A stretch of DNA of 63,735 nt, counting the filler, from Chiloscyllium plagiosum (lineage: Eukaryota): assembly GCF_004010195.1 (NCBI RefSeq). It is 3 parts of one record of this genome, joined end to end, with 100 filler letters (N's around TTAATTAATTAA, not from the genome) between each part and the next. Parts side by side here need not be neighbours in the genome. Positions count along the whole stretch, not along the records: positions 24,982 to 46,261 come from NC_057715.1; positions 46,362 to 63,735 come from NC_057715.1; 1 more part is not named here. One strand, 5' to 3'. Below, piece by piece: positions 38,056 to 49,256 of the stretch. The position numbers and the translations under genes are program-made. Numbering within the stretch: position 1 is the first letter of the stretch; every line of letters begins with the position of its first letter. Under the pieces are notes generated by a model. The model was given only the letters and a program-made list of their open reading frames with translations. It ran no database searches and was not told the DNA's origin.

Positions 38056-38647
38056 ACTAACTCAGAAGCCCTGACTAAGATTCAGTGGACCATTCTGAAG
38101 AAGAATCACTGGACCCAAAATGTTAACTTTGCTTTCTCTCCACAAATGCTGCCAGGCCTGCTGAGTTTTTCTGGCAATTTCTTTCATTCTGATTTCCAGC
38201 ATCCGCAGTTCATTCAGTGTTTTGTTTAATACAGTTGGTTCTGCTATCATGCGTGTTTCTTCAACGCGAATTGACTTTCATGAGATTGAAGAATTTAGAC
38301 CATTATTGTGGAAGGCAGAGTTTCCTTCCCTGTATTGGCTATAATGTGATTCCAACCCCATTAGTTTAAATGGCATGGCTATTGCACAGACTTCTTATAA
38401 TGCAAGACTGCACAAGAACGGGACTATCACATTATATCATAACCAACTGTATTCAGTGAACTGAGTTCAAATTGCACAATGTTGGCTGGTTGGGATGTAA
38501 ATTCAATTAGTAAAATCTAAGAAAGCAAGTGTTAGAGATGGTAACAATGGAAGCTATCATTGATTGTTGCAAAAACCTATCCGATTCACTAGAATCCAGA
38601 ACCACCCCAATAACTGCCCTCTGGCTTAGCAAATCAGTTCAAAGGCA

Positions 38648-38965
38648 ATTAGATTAGATTCCCTACAGTGTGGAAACAGGCCCTTTGGCCCAACCAGTTC
38701 ACACCCTGACCCTCCGAAGAGTAACCCACCCAGACCCACTTTCCTCTGACTAATGCACCTATCACTATGGGCAATTTAGCATGGCCAATTCACCTGACCT
38801 GCACATCTTTAGACTGTGGGGGGAAACTGGAGCACCTGGAGGAAACCCACACAGACATGGGGAGAGCGTGCAAACTCCACACAGACAGTTGCCCAAGGCT
38901 GGAATTGAACCTGGCACCCTGGTGCTGTGAGGCAGCAGAGCTAACCACTGAACCACAATGCCGCT
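38648..38965 (-). mobile_element. HE1-like V-SINE inserted into the tail of a second-family SINE (about 38455-39025, plus strand)
   Basis: Antisense HE1 consensus; host SINE continues from ggcaattag to gcaaata...caatgacaccccaaatcccat. Confidence 0.88.
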
Positions 38966-39287
38966 GCAAATAGGGGAGGACAAGAAGTACTATACATGCC
39001 AATGACACCCCAAATCCCATGGAAGGGTAAAGCAAAGCAAAGAGATAGTACTTTGGTTTCTGAGCCAGAATATTCGGGTTCAAGTCTCTCTCGCCCGGAT
39101 CTGGATTGCAATTGTTTTGGAACAGGTTGACTAAAAAAACGTTTTAACTAGCCGATGAAAAGTCAGTTCAACCTCAATCAAACATTTAACTCTGTTTCTC
39201 TCTCCCCAGTTGTTGCTCGATTTGCTAAGTATTTCCAACATTATCTGTTTATGTCACCAAATTAGGTTCTAGTTGGCACTAGGAAGA

Positions 39288-39506
39288 ACGAGAGAATTGA
39301 GGACTGCAGATGCTGGAGAGTCAGAGTCAAACATTGTGGGGCTGGAACAGCACAGCAGGTCAGGCAGCATCTGAGGAGCAGGAGAATCAACTTTTCTGGC
39401 ATAAGGCCTTCATTAGGAATGATGAAGGGCTTATGCCCGAAACACGACTCTTCTACTCCTCAGGTGCAGCCTGATCTGCTGTGCTTTTCTAGTGCCACAC
39501 TTTTTG
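39288..39506. mobile_element. Inverted pair of family A pLTRs with 10-bp TSD
   Basis: TSD actaggaaga at 39278-39287 and 39507-39516; a minus copy followed by a plus copy, joined at the hammerhead end. Confidence 0.82.
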
Positions 39507-39524
39507 ACTAGGAAGATTGGCTTG

Positions 39525-39860
39525 GTGGCACATGGGTGGTATGGTGGCTCAGTTGTGAGCACTGTTGCCTCACAGCACCAGGGATCTGGGTTTGATTACA
39601 GCCTCAGATGACTATCTGTGTGAAGTTTGCACATTCTCCCGTGTCTGTATGGGCTTCCTCCCACGGTCCAAAGATATGCAGGTTAGGTGGATTGGCCCTG
39701 CTACATTTTCCTGTTGTTTGCAAGTTAGATGGATTAGCCATGGTAAATGTGAGATTGTAGGTATGGGGGGTGGTTTGGAGATAGGTGGGATGCTCTACAG
39801 AGGGTCAGTGCAGACTCGATGGGCTGAATAGCCTCTTTCTCCACTGCAGGGATTCTATAA
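39525..39860 (+). mobile_element. HE1-like V-SINE
   Basis: Consensus match. Confidence 0.85.
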
Positions 39861-40189
39861 TGGCTACACATCCTGTTAACTGTGATGTTGTAAGCTCAGT
39901 CGGGCTGGATTCTGAATCTGAAACTGGGAATTCAACACACAGCGAATTATTAGGTGGGGAATAATGGAGGAACAATCCTCAAAGGCAGTTGGAAGCCATG
40001 ACTGAGTCACTGTTGGCTTATAGTAACGGGTTGACAGTCGGTCAGAAAGTAGGCTGCCTCATGGTGCTAAGCAATGAGTGTGTGTGGTCTCAGCAGTGTT
40101 AACAAGGGGAATTTAATCAGTAATAATCTAGTCGTTGATGTTTGTTTTGGGTTCTGCCAGAGTCACTCGTTGACCACTGAACTGAGTTC

Positions 40190-41220
40190 CAGCAGTGAGG
40201 TGAGAATGACTGGCCTTGACATCAAGGCTGCTTTCAATCAGGCATGACACCAAACAGCCCAAAGTTGCAGCCAATGGGAACCGAGGAAAACTGGAGTAAT
40301 TTACCAAAGTTCCTGTGACAGCTCCTTCCAAACCTGCAACAAAGGATGGGCAATAATACAGCAGTAACACCTGCTTCCCACTACCATGAAAAATAAGCAG
40401 CCAACTTACTGATGTGAAGGGAGTGGAGCAGTTCAATTATTCAATATTCACACCACAGAAGTGCCAGGCAATGACCATCTCCAATAATAGACAACCTTAA
40501 CCACCACCCCTTGACGTTCAGCGGTATTACCATCGCTGAATCCTCCACTATCAGCATCCTGAGGGTTACTTTTGTCCAGAAATTCAGCTGGACTCACCAT
40601 GCAAATACAGCAGCTACAAGAGCAAGTCGGAGGCTAGAAATGCTGCGATGAGTAATTCACCTCCTGACTCCTTAAAATCTGTCCACCATCGACAAGGCAC
40701 AAGTCAGGAGTGTCATGGAATACTCCCCACTTGACCTGGATGGGGACAGCTTCAACAACACTCAAGAAGATTGACACCATCCAGGTCAAAGCAGCCCACT
40801 TAATTGGCACCACATCCACAAGCATCCATTCCCTCTAACACTAATGCTCAGTATCAGCAGTGTGTACTATCTACAAGATGCGCTGCACAAATTGAACAAA
40901 GTTCCTCAGACAGCGCCTTCCAAACTCACAACCACCTCCATCTAAAAGGACAAGAGCAGCAGATACATGGGAACACCACAACTTCCACATTCCCCTCCAA
41001 GCCACTCACCACCCTAACCTGGAACTATAACACCGTTCTTTCACTGTCCTTGGATGAAAATCTTGGAATTCCCTCCCTAATGGCATTGTGGGTCAACAGC
41101 ATACGGACTGCAGCGGTCGAAGAAGACAGCTCCCCATACCTTCTGAAGGGCAGCAAGGGGTGGACAAAAAATGCTGGCCAGCCAGCGATGCTCACACCCC
41201 ATGAATGAGTAAAATAAACT
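40190..41220 (+). mobile_element. CR1/L2-group LINE, RT remnant and 3' end
   Basis: ALDIKAAF and KAQVRSVMEYSPL motifs; tail aatgctggccagccagcgatgctcacaccccatgaatg. A further copy lies at about 44620-45050. Confidence 0.8.
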
Positions 41221-42064
41221 GAAATATGGTTTTGTGACATCTCTTATTACATCAGGCTCCTGTGCAGAAGAATGTTTAGATTTGGTAATGTGCAATTTCA
41301 ATATCATCTTCTGGCCTTCCCTCCTTTAACAAGGTCCTCAAGGAGTTGAACAAGAAGTTAATTGGAGGTGAGCAGATTTCCATCTCCCCCTCCCCACCCC
41401 ACCAACTTCACTTTGGTGATTCCAGTCTGTCCCTCAGGCGTTGGAACACTGACATGTTACCTCTGTATCCGCTGCAGACCACATCCACGTGGCCAGTTAA
41501 ACATTAAACCCTCAGGATTAATTTGTGACTGCTTATTGGATTGGTGCTCTACGTTTCTCACTGGATCAAATCCTAACTTTAAATCCTTTGAAGAACTGCA
41601 GAGCTGACACTGCTTTTGAAGTGTACAACAGATTTATTTCCAAGTATATTAAAATACCTCTGCAATCGGAAAATGCCTGCACTCCTGCTTACAACCCAAC
41701 GGTCCTGTCATGATGCTGCTTCTTTACCTTGCTCTGAGTCCACAAACAAACTCAACCAGCCAGGCACAAGGAGCACAGGTCAGTTATCAGATTCACATAC
41801 TCCAACACAGAACAACTGAACCATTGATCACTGCACATCATTGTATACTGTCCATGCAGAAATGATTTGATATCAAGGTTAGAATTTTCATGGAGTGTAT
41901 CTCTTGGAAGCAATGGACAATGGAAACAAAAATATGGCATGAATAGCCTGGCATTTCTATTACTAGACAGGGTGACAGGGCAGGAGGGTTGGGGGTGTTG
42001 TAGTGGAGGGACAGGTTAATGAACTCTCCTGCTGCAGTGACCTGTCCAATAGATTGACTCAAGG

Positions 42065-42455
42065 TTGGACTCAAGATAAACAGACTCTAACCTCACACAC
42101 AGTTAATGCATTGTCTGAGCTGAGATATCACTTTTTTAAAAAATAAAACCTTAAGGTATCTCAAGAATGTGATTTGAAAGAAGTTCTGGGATTTACATAT
42201 TAATGAACCAAAACCTGTAACCCATTCTAAAAACTGGAAGACCTAACAGCAATCTTGCTTTGTTCAGTGTATAGTATAAGTTGCATGCATGACACTGTGA
42301 TCTTTTGCTCTGTCTTATGTTCCTGCTCCAAAGATATCTGATGAAGGAGCAGCACTCTGAAGACTATTACTTCCAAATAAACCTTTTGTGCTATAACCTG
42401 GTGTTGTGTGATTTTTAGCTTTGTCCACCCCAGTCCAACACTGGCTGCTCCACAT
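42065..42455 (+). mobile_element. Penelope-like 3' end/pLTR, family C, with hammerhead-like core
   Basis: CTGATGAaggagcagcactctGAAga at 42338, followed by aataaacc...ctataacctggtgttgtgtgatttt...ccccagtccaacac. Confidence 0.65.
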
Positions 42456-42609
42456 CAAGCTTGTCCAGTTAAGACAGTTAAGGAGCTCAATAGGACTTGT
42501 CTCCCAAGGGGAGGGCATTCATTAGGAGCTATGTGATGCAGAGCAGCTCAAGGCTGGTGAGATCAGAGTCAGCTGCATTTTCAAATTAACTTCGAAGGCA
42601 CAGGGACAA

Positions 42610-42990
42610 TGAGACCATCAGATATAGGAGCAGAATTAGGCCATTTAATCCATCAAGTCTGCTCTGCCGTTCAGTCAGGGCTAAAATGTTTTTCAATTCA
42701 TTCTCCTGACTTCTCCCTGCAACCAGGCAAAAGTGAGGACTGAGGATGCTGGAAACCAGAGTTTAGGCTTTATTCCTGATGAAGGGCTTTTGCCCGAAAC
42801 ATCGATTTCCTGCTCCTCGGATGCTGCCTGACCTGCTGTGCTTTTCCAGCACCACTCTGATCTAACCTCTTCTCCCTGCAACCCTTGATCCCCTTATTAA
42901 TCAAGAACGTTTCTATCTTTGTCTTAAATACACTCAATGACTTGGCCTCCACAGCCTTCTGTGGCAATGAGTTCCATAGATTCATCACCA
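42610..42990 (-). mobile_element. CR1 3' end with a pLTR insertion
   Basis: Minus ORF NLWNSLPQKAVEAKSLSVFK. Confidence 0.85.
42725..42868. mobile_element. Family A pLTR with an internal inversion and 15-bp TSD
   Basis: TSD cttctccctgcaacc at 42710-42724 and 42869-42883; 3' segment inverted at the left end; CTGATGA at 42776. Confidence 0.88.
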
Positions 42991-43959
42991 CCAGGGGTCT
43001 TCTTCAGATGTGTTATAATTCTTTATCATGTTCCCTGGGATGATGGGGTTGAGCTCTTTGGAGACACTGTGTTGACTATGATCCTTGTGGGTATTTCGTA
43101 GAGCCAGAGGTGAAATAATTGGAACATATCCAATCCTTCAGGGACTTGATGAGGTGGATTCTGAGGAGCTATTTCACCAGGCTGGGGAGTCTAGAAGTTT
43201 CAGAAGAATGGGTTGTGCACTTTTCACTGATATGAAGATACATTTCTTCACTAAAAGCGTTGTGAAGCTATTGAATTCTCCACCATAGAAAGGTGTTGGT
43301 GCTCAGTCATTACCCATTTCCAAGTCAGATGTGAATGGATCTTTGGATTACCAAGGGAATGAATGGCTAAGTGAAGAGAGGAGATCAGCCACCATATTGT
43401 TTAATGCTGAGGGCTGAATGGCCAATCCAACTCCTGGTGCTTATGTTATATTTTTAATATCCACTTCACAAGTTCTCAGATAAATATTGAAGCTGAGAGA
43501 AAGCATTTCCAAAGGTTATACACCTCTGCAGGATGGCATTGTACAGAAGTGAGAACTGAGGGTATGTTCTATAACTTAGAGCCTTGTAACACAAAGGCAA
43601 GAGTTCTAACTATAAGCCCAACTGGACAGTTACAAGTAATAGCTACAAATATACTTGGGATCCCTTTCATACTTTTTGAAGGTTAGAGCTGTTTACACAT
43701 TTACATAATGGGAAATAAATAGACAGGTTTAAGCTAATAGTGAAAAGCATTGAATGTCACAGCAGACAAGAAGGGCTGAATGGCCTACTCTTGCATCTAT
43801 GTTTTCATGTTTCTACATAACATTTGTGCCATTTAAGTGCCAGATAATAATCACCAACAAGAGAGAATCTAACAATTTTAACCTGACATTCAATGGCATT
43901 AACAATTAAATTATCATTATCAATTAAGAACCTTGGCCTCAGTAATCATAGTTTGCCTA

Positions 43960-44620
43960 TTGGTGTGGAAGCAGGTAATTTGGCCCATCAAGTCTACACC
44001 AACAATCCACCCAGACCCACTCCCCCATCTGCTGCATTTTCCATGGCTAATGGTGACTCAGTGGTTAGCACTGCTACATCACAGCACCAGGGACCCAGGT
44101 TCGATTCCAGCCTCGGGCACTGCTACCTCACAGCACCAGGGACCCAGGTTCGATTCCAGCCTCGGGTGACTGACTGTGTGGAGTTTGCACATTCTCCCCG
44201 TGTCTGCGTGAGTTTCCTCCAGGTGCTCTGGTTTCCTCCCACAGTCCAAAGATGTGCAGGTCAGGTGAATTGGCCATGCTAAATTGCCCGTAGTGTTAGG
44301 TGCATTAGCCAGAGGGAAATGGGACTGGGTGGGTTACTCTTCGGAGGGTCAGTGTGGACTTGTTGGGCCGAAGGGCCTGTTTCCACATTATAAGGAATCT
44401 AATCTAATCTGATCTACCTAAACACCATGGGCAATAGCATGGCCAATCCACCCAGCCTGCACATCTTTGGGTTGTAGGAGGAAACTGGAGCACCCAGAGG
44501 AAACCCACGCAGACAGGGGGGAGAATGTACAAACTCCACACAGATAGTCGCTGGAGGCTGGAATCAAACCCAGGTCCCTGGCACTGTGAGGCAGCTGTGC
44601 TAACCACCATGCCACCCTCA
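43960..44620. mobile_element. Plus-strand HE1 (about 44052-44410, with a 49-bp head duplication) inserted in a minus-strand HE1
   Basis: Antisense tail 43960-44050 and antisense body 44410-44620 flank a sense copy. Confidence 0.88.
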
Positions 44621-45137
44621 AAACCCTGGGCTTACTTGTGACCTGGAACTGAGCTGGATGAGCAATGTGAATGTTGTAGCTACAAGAGCAGGTCAGGGGC
44701 TGGTAATTCTGAGATAATGGTGACTCCCCCAAAACCATCTGCAAGGCACAAATCAGAAGTGTGGTGGAATACTCTCCACTTGCCTGGATGAATGTAGCTC
44801 CAACAACACTCAAGAAAGTCAATCATATCCAGGGCAAAGCAGCCCACTTGTTCATCCCCCTCTTGTGTGAAGCCTGCACACAATGGCTTCAGCATGAACC
44901 ATATATCACACACTGCAGCAAATCGGTAAAGGTCTTAGGACACTAGCCTCCAAATCCATGAGCTCTATCATTTGGAAGAACAAGGGCAGCAGACAAACGG
45001 CATCTCTACCACCAGCAGCAAGTGCCCTCCTGCTCACACATCATGCCAAGTAGCATAAATGGAGAGAAAAAAAACACTTGGACTAACTTGATCAGAACTT
45101 CTGTCTACGCACAGCATCCTTCCACTGGCACACTTAA

Positions 45138-45268
45138 TATTCCTGATGCAGGGCTTGTGCCCAAAACATCAACTCTCCGCCCCTCGGATGCTGCCTGACT
45201 TGTTGTGCTTTTCCAGCACTACACTCTATCTCAACTCTGATCTCCAGCATCTTCAGTCCTCACTTTCT
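45138..45268 (+). mobile_element. Solo family A pLTR (131 bp) with 13-bp TSD
   Basis: TSD ctggcacacttaa at 45125-45137 and 45269-45281. Confidence 0.88.
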
Positions 45269-45294
45269 CTGGCACACTTAACAGACCACCAATG

Positions 45295-45484
45295 GGGTCT
45301 AAAAGTGTGGAGCTGAAAAAGCACAGCAGGTCAGGCAGCATCCCCGGAGCAGGAGAGTCGACATTTTGGACATAAGCCTTTCATCAGGAATGTGATGAAG
45401 GCCTTACGCCCGAAATGTTGACTCTCCTGTTCCTGGGATGCTGCCTGACTTGCTGTGCTTTTCTAACATGAGACTTTTCAACTC
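45295..45484. mobile_element. Inverted pair of family A pLTRs
   Basis: ...cctttcatcaggaatgt|gatgaaggccttacgcccgaaatgttg... Confidence 0.8.
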
Positions 45485-45574
45485 AAATCACCCAATGTGG
45501 TTGATCATGTTCAACTTGTGGCTGAATAAAGGTTTGATTTCCCCTATGTCATTCACTATGACATTAGAATTCTC

Positions 45575-46261
45575 TGCCCAAGGCAGTGGAATGTTCCTCC
45601 TGCAGGATGTTTGTGGTAGGGGTGACCACCGATGCTCCTGCCGACTTCATCTGCAGGTAGTGCAGCCAGCTCCAGCTCCTCACAGACCGCGTTAGGGAAC
45701 TGGAGCTGGAGTTGGATGAACTGAGGATTATTCGAGAGGCTGAGAGGGTGATAGATAGAAGCTACAGGGACATAGTTACGCCAGAGAACAGAGGTAGCTG
45801 GGTAACAGTTAGAGGTGGGAAGGGGAGGAAGCAGGCAGTGCAGGGATCCCCTGTGGTCGTTCCCCTCAACAATAAGTATACCGCTTTGGATACTGTTGAG
45901 GGGGATGGCCTAGCAGGGGTAAGCTGCAGTGACCGGGTCTCTGGCACACGAGGTCCGGCTCTGAGGCCCAGAGGGAAAGGGGGAGAGGTGGAGAGCGCTA
46001 GTTTTAGGAGACTCTATAGTTAGAGGTACAGACAGGCGGTTCTGTGGACATGGGCAAGACTCTCGGATGGTTTGTTGCCTCCTGGGTGCCAGGGTCCGAG
46101 ACGTCTCGGACCGTGTCTTCAGAATCCTTAAGGGGGAGGGTGTCAGGCCAGAAGTCGTGGTGCACATTGGCACCAACGACATAGGTAGGAAGAGAGGTGG
46201 GGAGGTCATTCAAGAGCTCAGGGAGTTAGGCTGGAAGCTAAAAGCTAGGACGGACAGAGTC
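45575..46261 (+). mobile_element. CR1 ORF1 fragment (coiled coil plus SGNH/GDSL esterase-like domain)
   Basis: LTDRVRELELELDELRIIREAE, PLNNKYTAL, VLGDSIVRG and VVVHIGTNDIG motifs; frameshifted and cut by a gap. Confidence 0.9.
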
Positions 46262-46361
46262 NNNNNNNNNNNNNNNNNNNNNNNNNNNNNNNNNNNNNNN
46301 NNNNNTTAATTAATTAANNNNNNNNNNNNNNNNNNNNNNNNNNNNNNNNNNNNNNNNNNNN
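46262..46361. other. Assembly spacer: 44 N + TTAATTAATTAA + 44 N
   Basis: Same structure as 24882-24981. Confidence 0.97.
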
Positions 46362-46570
46362 CAAACCCTTCCTATTCATATACCCATCCAAATGCCTCTT
46401 AAATGTTGTAATTGTACCAGCCTCCACCACTTCCTCTGGCAGGTCATTCTATACCCGTACCACCCTCTGTGTGAAAAGGTTGCCCCTTAGGTCTCTTTTA
46501 TACCTTTTCCCTCTCCCCTTAAACCTATGCCCTCTAATTCTGGACTCCCCCACCCCAGGGAAAATACTAT
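46362..46570 (-). mobile_element. CR1 3' fragment
   Basis: Minus ORF GESRIRGHRFK...FTQRVVRV. Confidence 0.9.
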
Positions 46571-46960
46571 GCCAAAGATGGTGGCAATCCTTTTTCAGAT
46601 GTAGACTCTTGGCTCTCACGGCCAGATCTTTATCGGAGTAAAACTGTCCACTTCCAACCTCTATCATCAGATTTTAATATATGAGATCTTTTAGGGAAAT
46701 GTCTTTTTTTCAAGAAATGGATACAGTGACCACACGCACAGAGCAAATTCCAAATGCACCAGCATGAAATAGATGAAACTATCTGAACTGAAAGTATCAT
46801 TTATCTAAAAATATCAAAGCCAATCAAGTGAATTCAAACATCAAGAAACTTGCACTTCTGTTTCAATTTGCACATGCCTGCTAAAGGGTAATTATTAGAT
46901 ATGAAAGGTTGTCTACAGAGTATTCAGTTTGGGGTGACAATGTGGCTTGGCTCTAGATAA

Positions 46961-47575
46961 ATGCTATACAGAACTATGGTGGTCCCTGCCCTCCTATACG
47001 GCTCTGAGACGGGGACTGTCTACAGCAGAGAACTCAAGGTGCAGAAGCAGTCGCACCAACTCTGCCTGCCCAGGATCCTGCCAATCCGCTGTGCCACACC
47101 AACACCAGTGTCCTTGATCAGGCCAACATCCCCAGCATCGAGGCACTGACCCCTCCTTGATTGGGCACATCATCCTAATGGCAGACAAGAGACTCCCCGA
47201 GCAGGTGCTGTACTCCCAGCTCCCAAACGGCAGGCGAACCCCAGTTAGACTGAAGAAGTGCTTCAGGGGTACCCTCAAGGCCTCACTGGATGAAGTGCAG
47301 CGTTCCCACTGACACTTGGGAAATCACTGGCCCGAGACCATCCAAAGTGGAGGAGGAACATCCAGGAAGTATTGAGCACCTCGGGACTTGACATCGGGAG
47401 AAAGTGGAAGCCGGGCGAAAAGAGCAGAAGGGTGTGCTGCCACACCAACGTTCCACCTACCCCTTCCCATAACCACTTTCTGCCCCAAGTGTGCAAAGTC
47501 TGCGAAGCCACATCAGACTGCACAGCCACTTACAGAATCACCCTGAGAGTGGAAGACAGTTATCCTCATCTATGA
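46961..47575 (+). mobile_element. RTE-clade LINE 3' fragment
   Basis: LYRTMVVPALLYGSET and MADKRLPEQVLYSQL motifs typical of the RTE/BovB-like C-terminus. Confidence 0.8.
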
Positions 47576-47759
47576 TGTATCTTACTCAAAAGCATCTTGT
47601 ATATGCTTGACCTTTACTGGCCAGAGGATCACAGGCCACAGATACATGGGCAAATCACCACGTGCATGTTCATCTCTAAGCCACCAATCAACCTGATTTG
47701 GAAATGCATCACATTCCCTTCACTAGCACAGGGACAAGATCTAGAATTCCTTTCCTAAG

Positions 47760-47992
47760 TGGGGTTTGCACATTCTCCCCATGGCTGCATGGGTTTCCTC
47801 CCACAGTCCAAAGATGTGCAGGTTAGATGGAATGCCATGCTAAAACTTTTCCCGTAGTGTCCAGGGATGTGCAAACTAGGTGAATTAGCCATAGGAAATA
47901 CGCATCTAGGGTGGGATGCTCTTCGAAGGGTTGGTGTGGACTTGTTGGGCCAAATGGCCGGTTTCCACACTGTGGGGATTCTAAGATTCTAT
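47760..47992 (+). mobile_element. HE1-like SINE, 5'-truncated
   Basis: V-domain and tail. Confidence 0.85.
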
Positions 47993-48221
47993 GATATGTG
48001 ACAATACAGCAGGACAATGGGAACCTGAATTGTAGTTCTAGTGTACAGGAGGTTGAGGGCAGTGAGGTCAGGGATAGGTTTACAAGGTCATGAGAGGGCA
48101 CCAGCAATCAGAATGTTGATTTGAAATGTGTGTACTTCAATGCCAGGAGCATCCAGAGTAAGGTGGGTGAACTTGCTGTATCAGAGACATGGTTAGAGAA
48201 GGGACAGGATTGGTTGTTGCA

Positions 48222-48923
48222 TATCCCGCACCTCCGCCCTCAGACCCCACCGCTCCAACCGTAACAAGGACAGAACGCCCCTGGTGCTCACCTTCCAACC
48301 TACCAACCTTCGCATATACCAAATCATCCGCCGACATTTCCAACACCTCCAAACAGACCCCACCACCAGGGATATATTTCCCACCCCACCCCTTTCCGCC
48401 TTCCGCAAAGACCGTTCCCTCCATGACTACCTGGTCAGGTCCACGCCCCCCTACAACCNNNNNNNNNNNNNNNNNNNNNNNNNNNNNNNNNNNNNNNNNN
48501 NNNNNNNNNNNNNNNNNNNNNNNNNNNNNNNNNNNNNNNNNNNNNNNNNNNNNNNNNNNNNNNNNNNNNNNNNNNNNNNNNNNNNNNNNNNNNNNNNNNN
48601 NNNNNNNNNNNNNNNNNNNNNNNNNNNNNNNNNNNNNNNNNNNNNNNNNNNNNNNNNNNNNNNNNNNNNNNNNNNNNNNNNNNNNNNNNNNNNNNNNNNN
48701 NNNNNNNNNNNNNNNNNNNNNNNNNNNNNNNNNNNNNNNNNNNNNNNNNNNNNNNNNNNNNNNNNNNNNNNNNNNNNNNNNNACCCTCCCCTAGCTTATC
48801 TCTCCATGCTTCAGGCTCTCTGCCTTTATTCCTGATGAAGGGCTTTTGCCCGAAACGTCGATTTCAAAGCTCCTTGGATGCTGCCTGAACTGCTGTGCTC
48901 TTCCAGCACCACTAATCCAGAAT
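48222..48923 (+). mobile_element. 5'-truncated Penelope-like element (ORF linker region, gap, family A pLTR) with 12-bp TSD
   Basis: Translation RTPLVLTFQPTNLRIYQIIRRHFQHLQTDPTTRDIFPTPPLSAFRKDRSLHDYLVRS; TSD ttggttgttgca at 48210-48221 and 48924-48935; gap at 48459-48782. Confidence 0.85.
48826..48864 (+). ncRNA. Minimal type-I hammerhead ribozyme motif (intact core)
   Basis: ttattc CTGATGA a gggc tttt gccc GAAAC GTC gattt; activity untested. Confidence 0.7.
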
Positions 48924-49047
48924 TTGGTTGTTGCAGATTCCAGGATTTAGATGTTTCAGTAAGAATTGAGAAGATGGTAAAAGGGGTGGGTGTGGCATTG
49001 TTAACCAAGGTTAGATTTACAGCAGTCTAAATTGTGGTGTGGTGTGG

Positions 49048-49256
49048 GGAGTGGTGCTGGAAAAGCACAGCAGGTCAAGCAGCATCTGACAAGCAGGAAA
49101 ATCGATGTTTCGGGCAAAAGCTCTTCATCAGGAATCACAGTTTTTTCCGAAACGTCGATTTTCCTGCTCCTCGGATGCTGCCTGACTTGCTGTGCTTTTC
49201 CAACACCACTCTCATCTAGACTCTGGTTTCCAGCATCTGCAGTCCTCACTTTTGCT
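49048..49256. mobile_element. Inverted pair of family A pLTRs inside the CR1
   Basis: Minus copy to 49134, plus copy from 49147; flanked by repeated ttacagcag. Confidence 0.82.
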
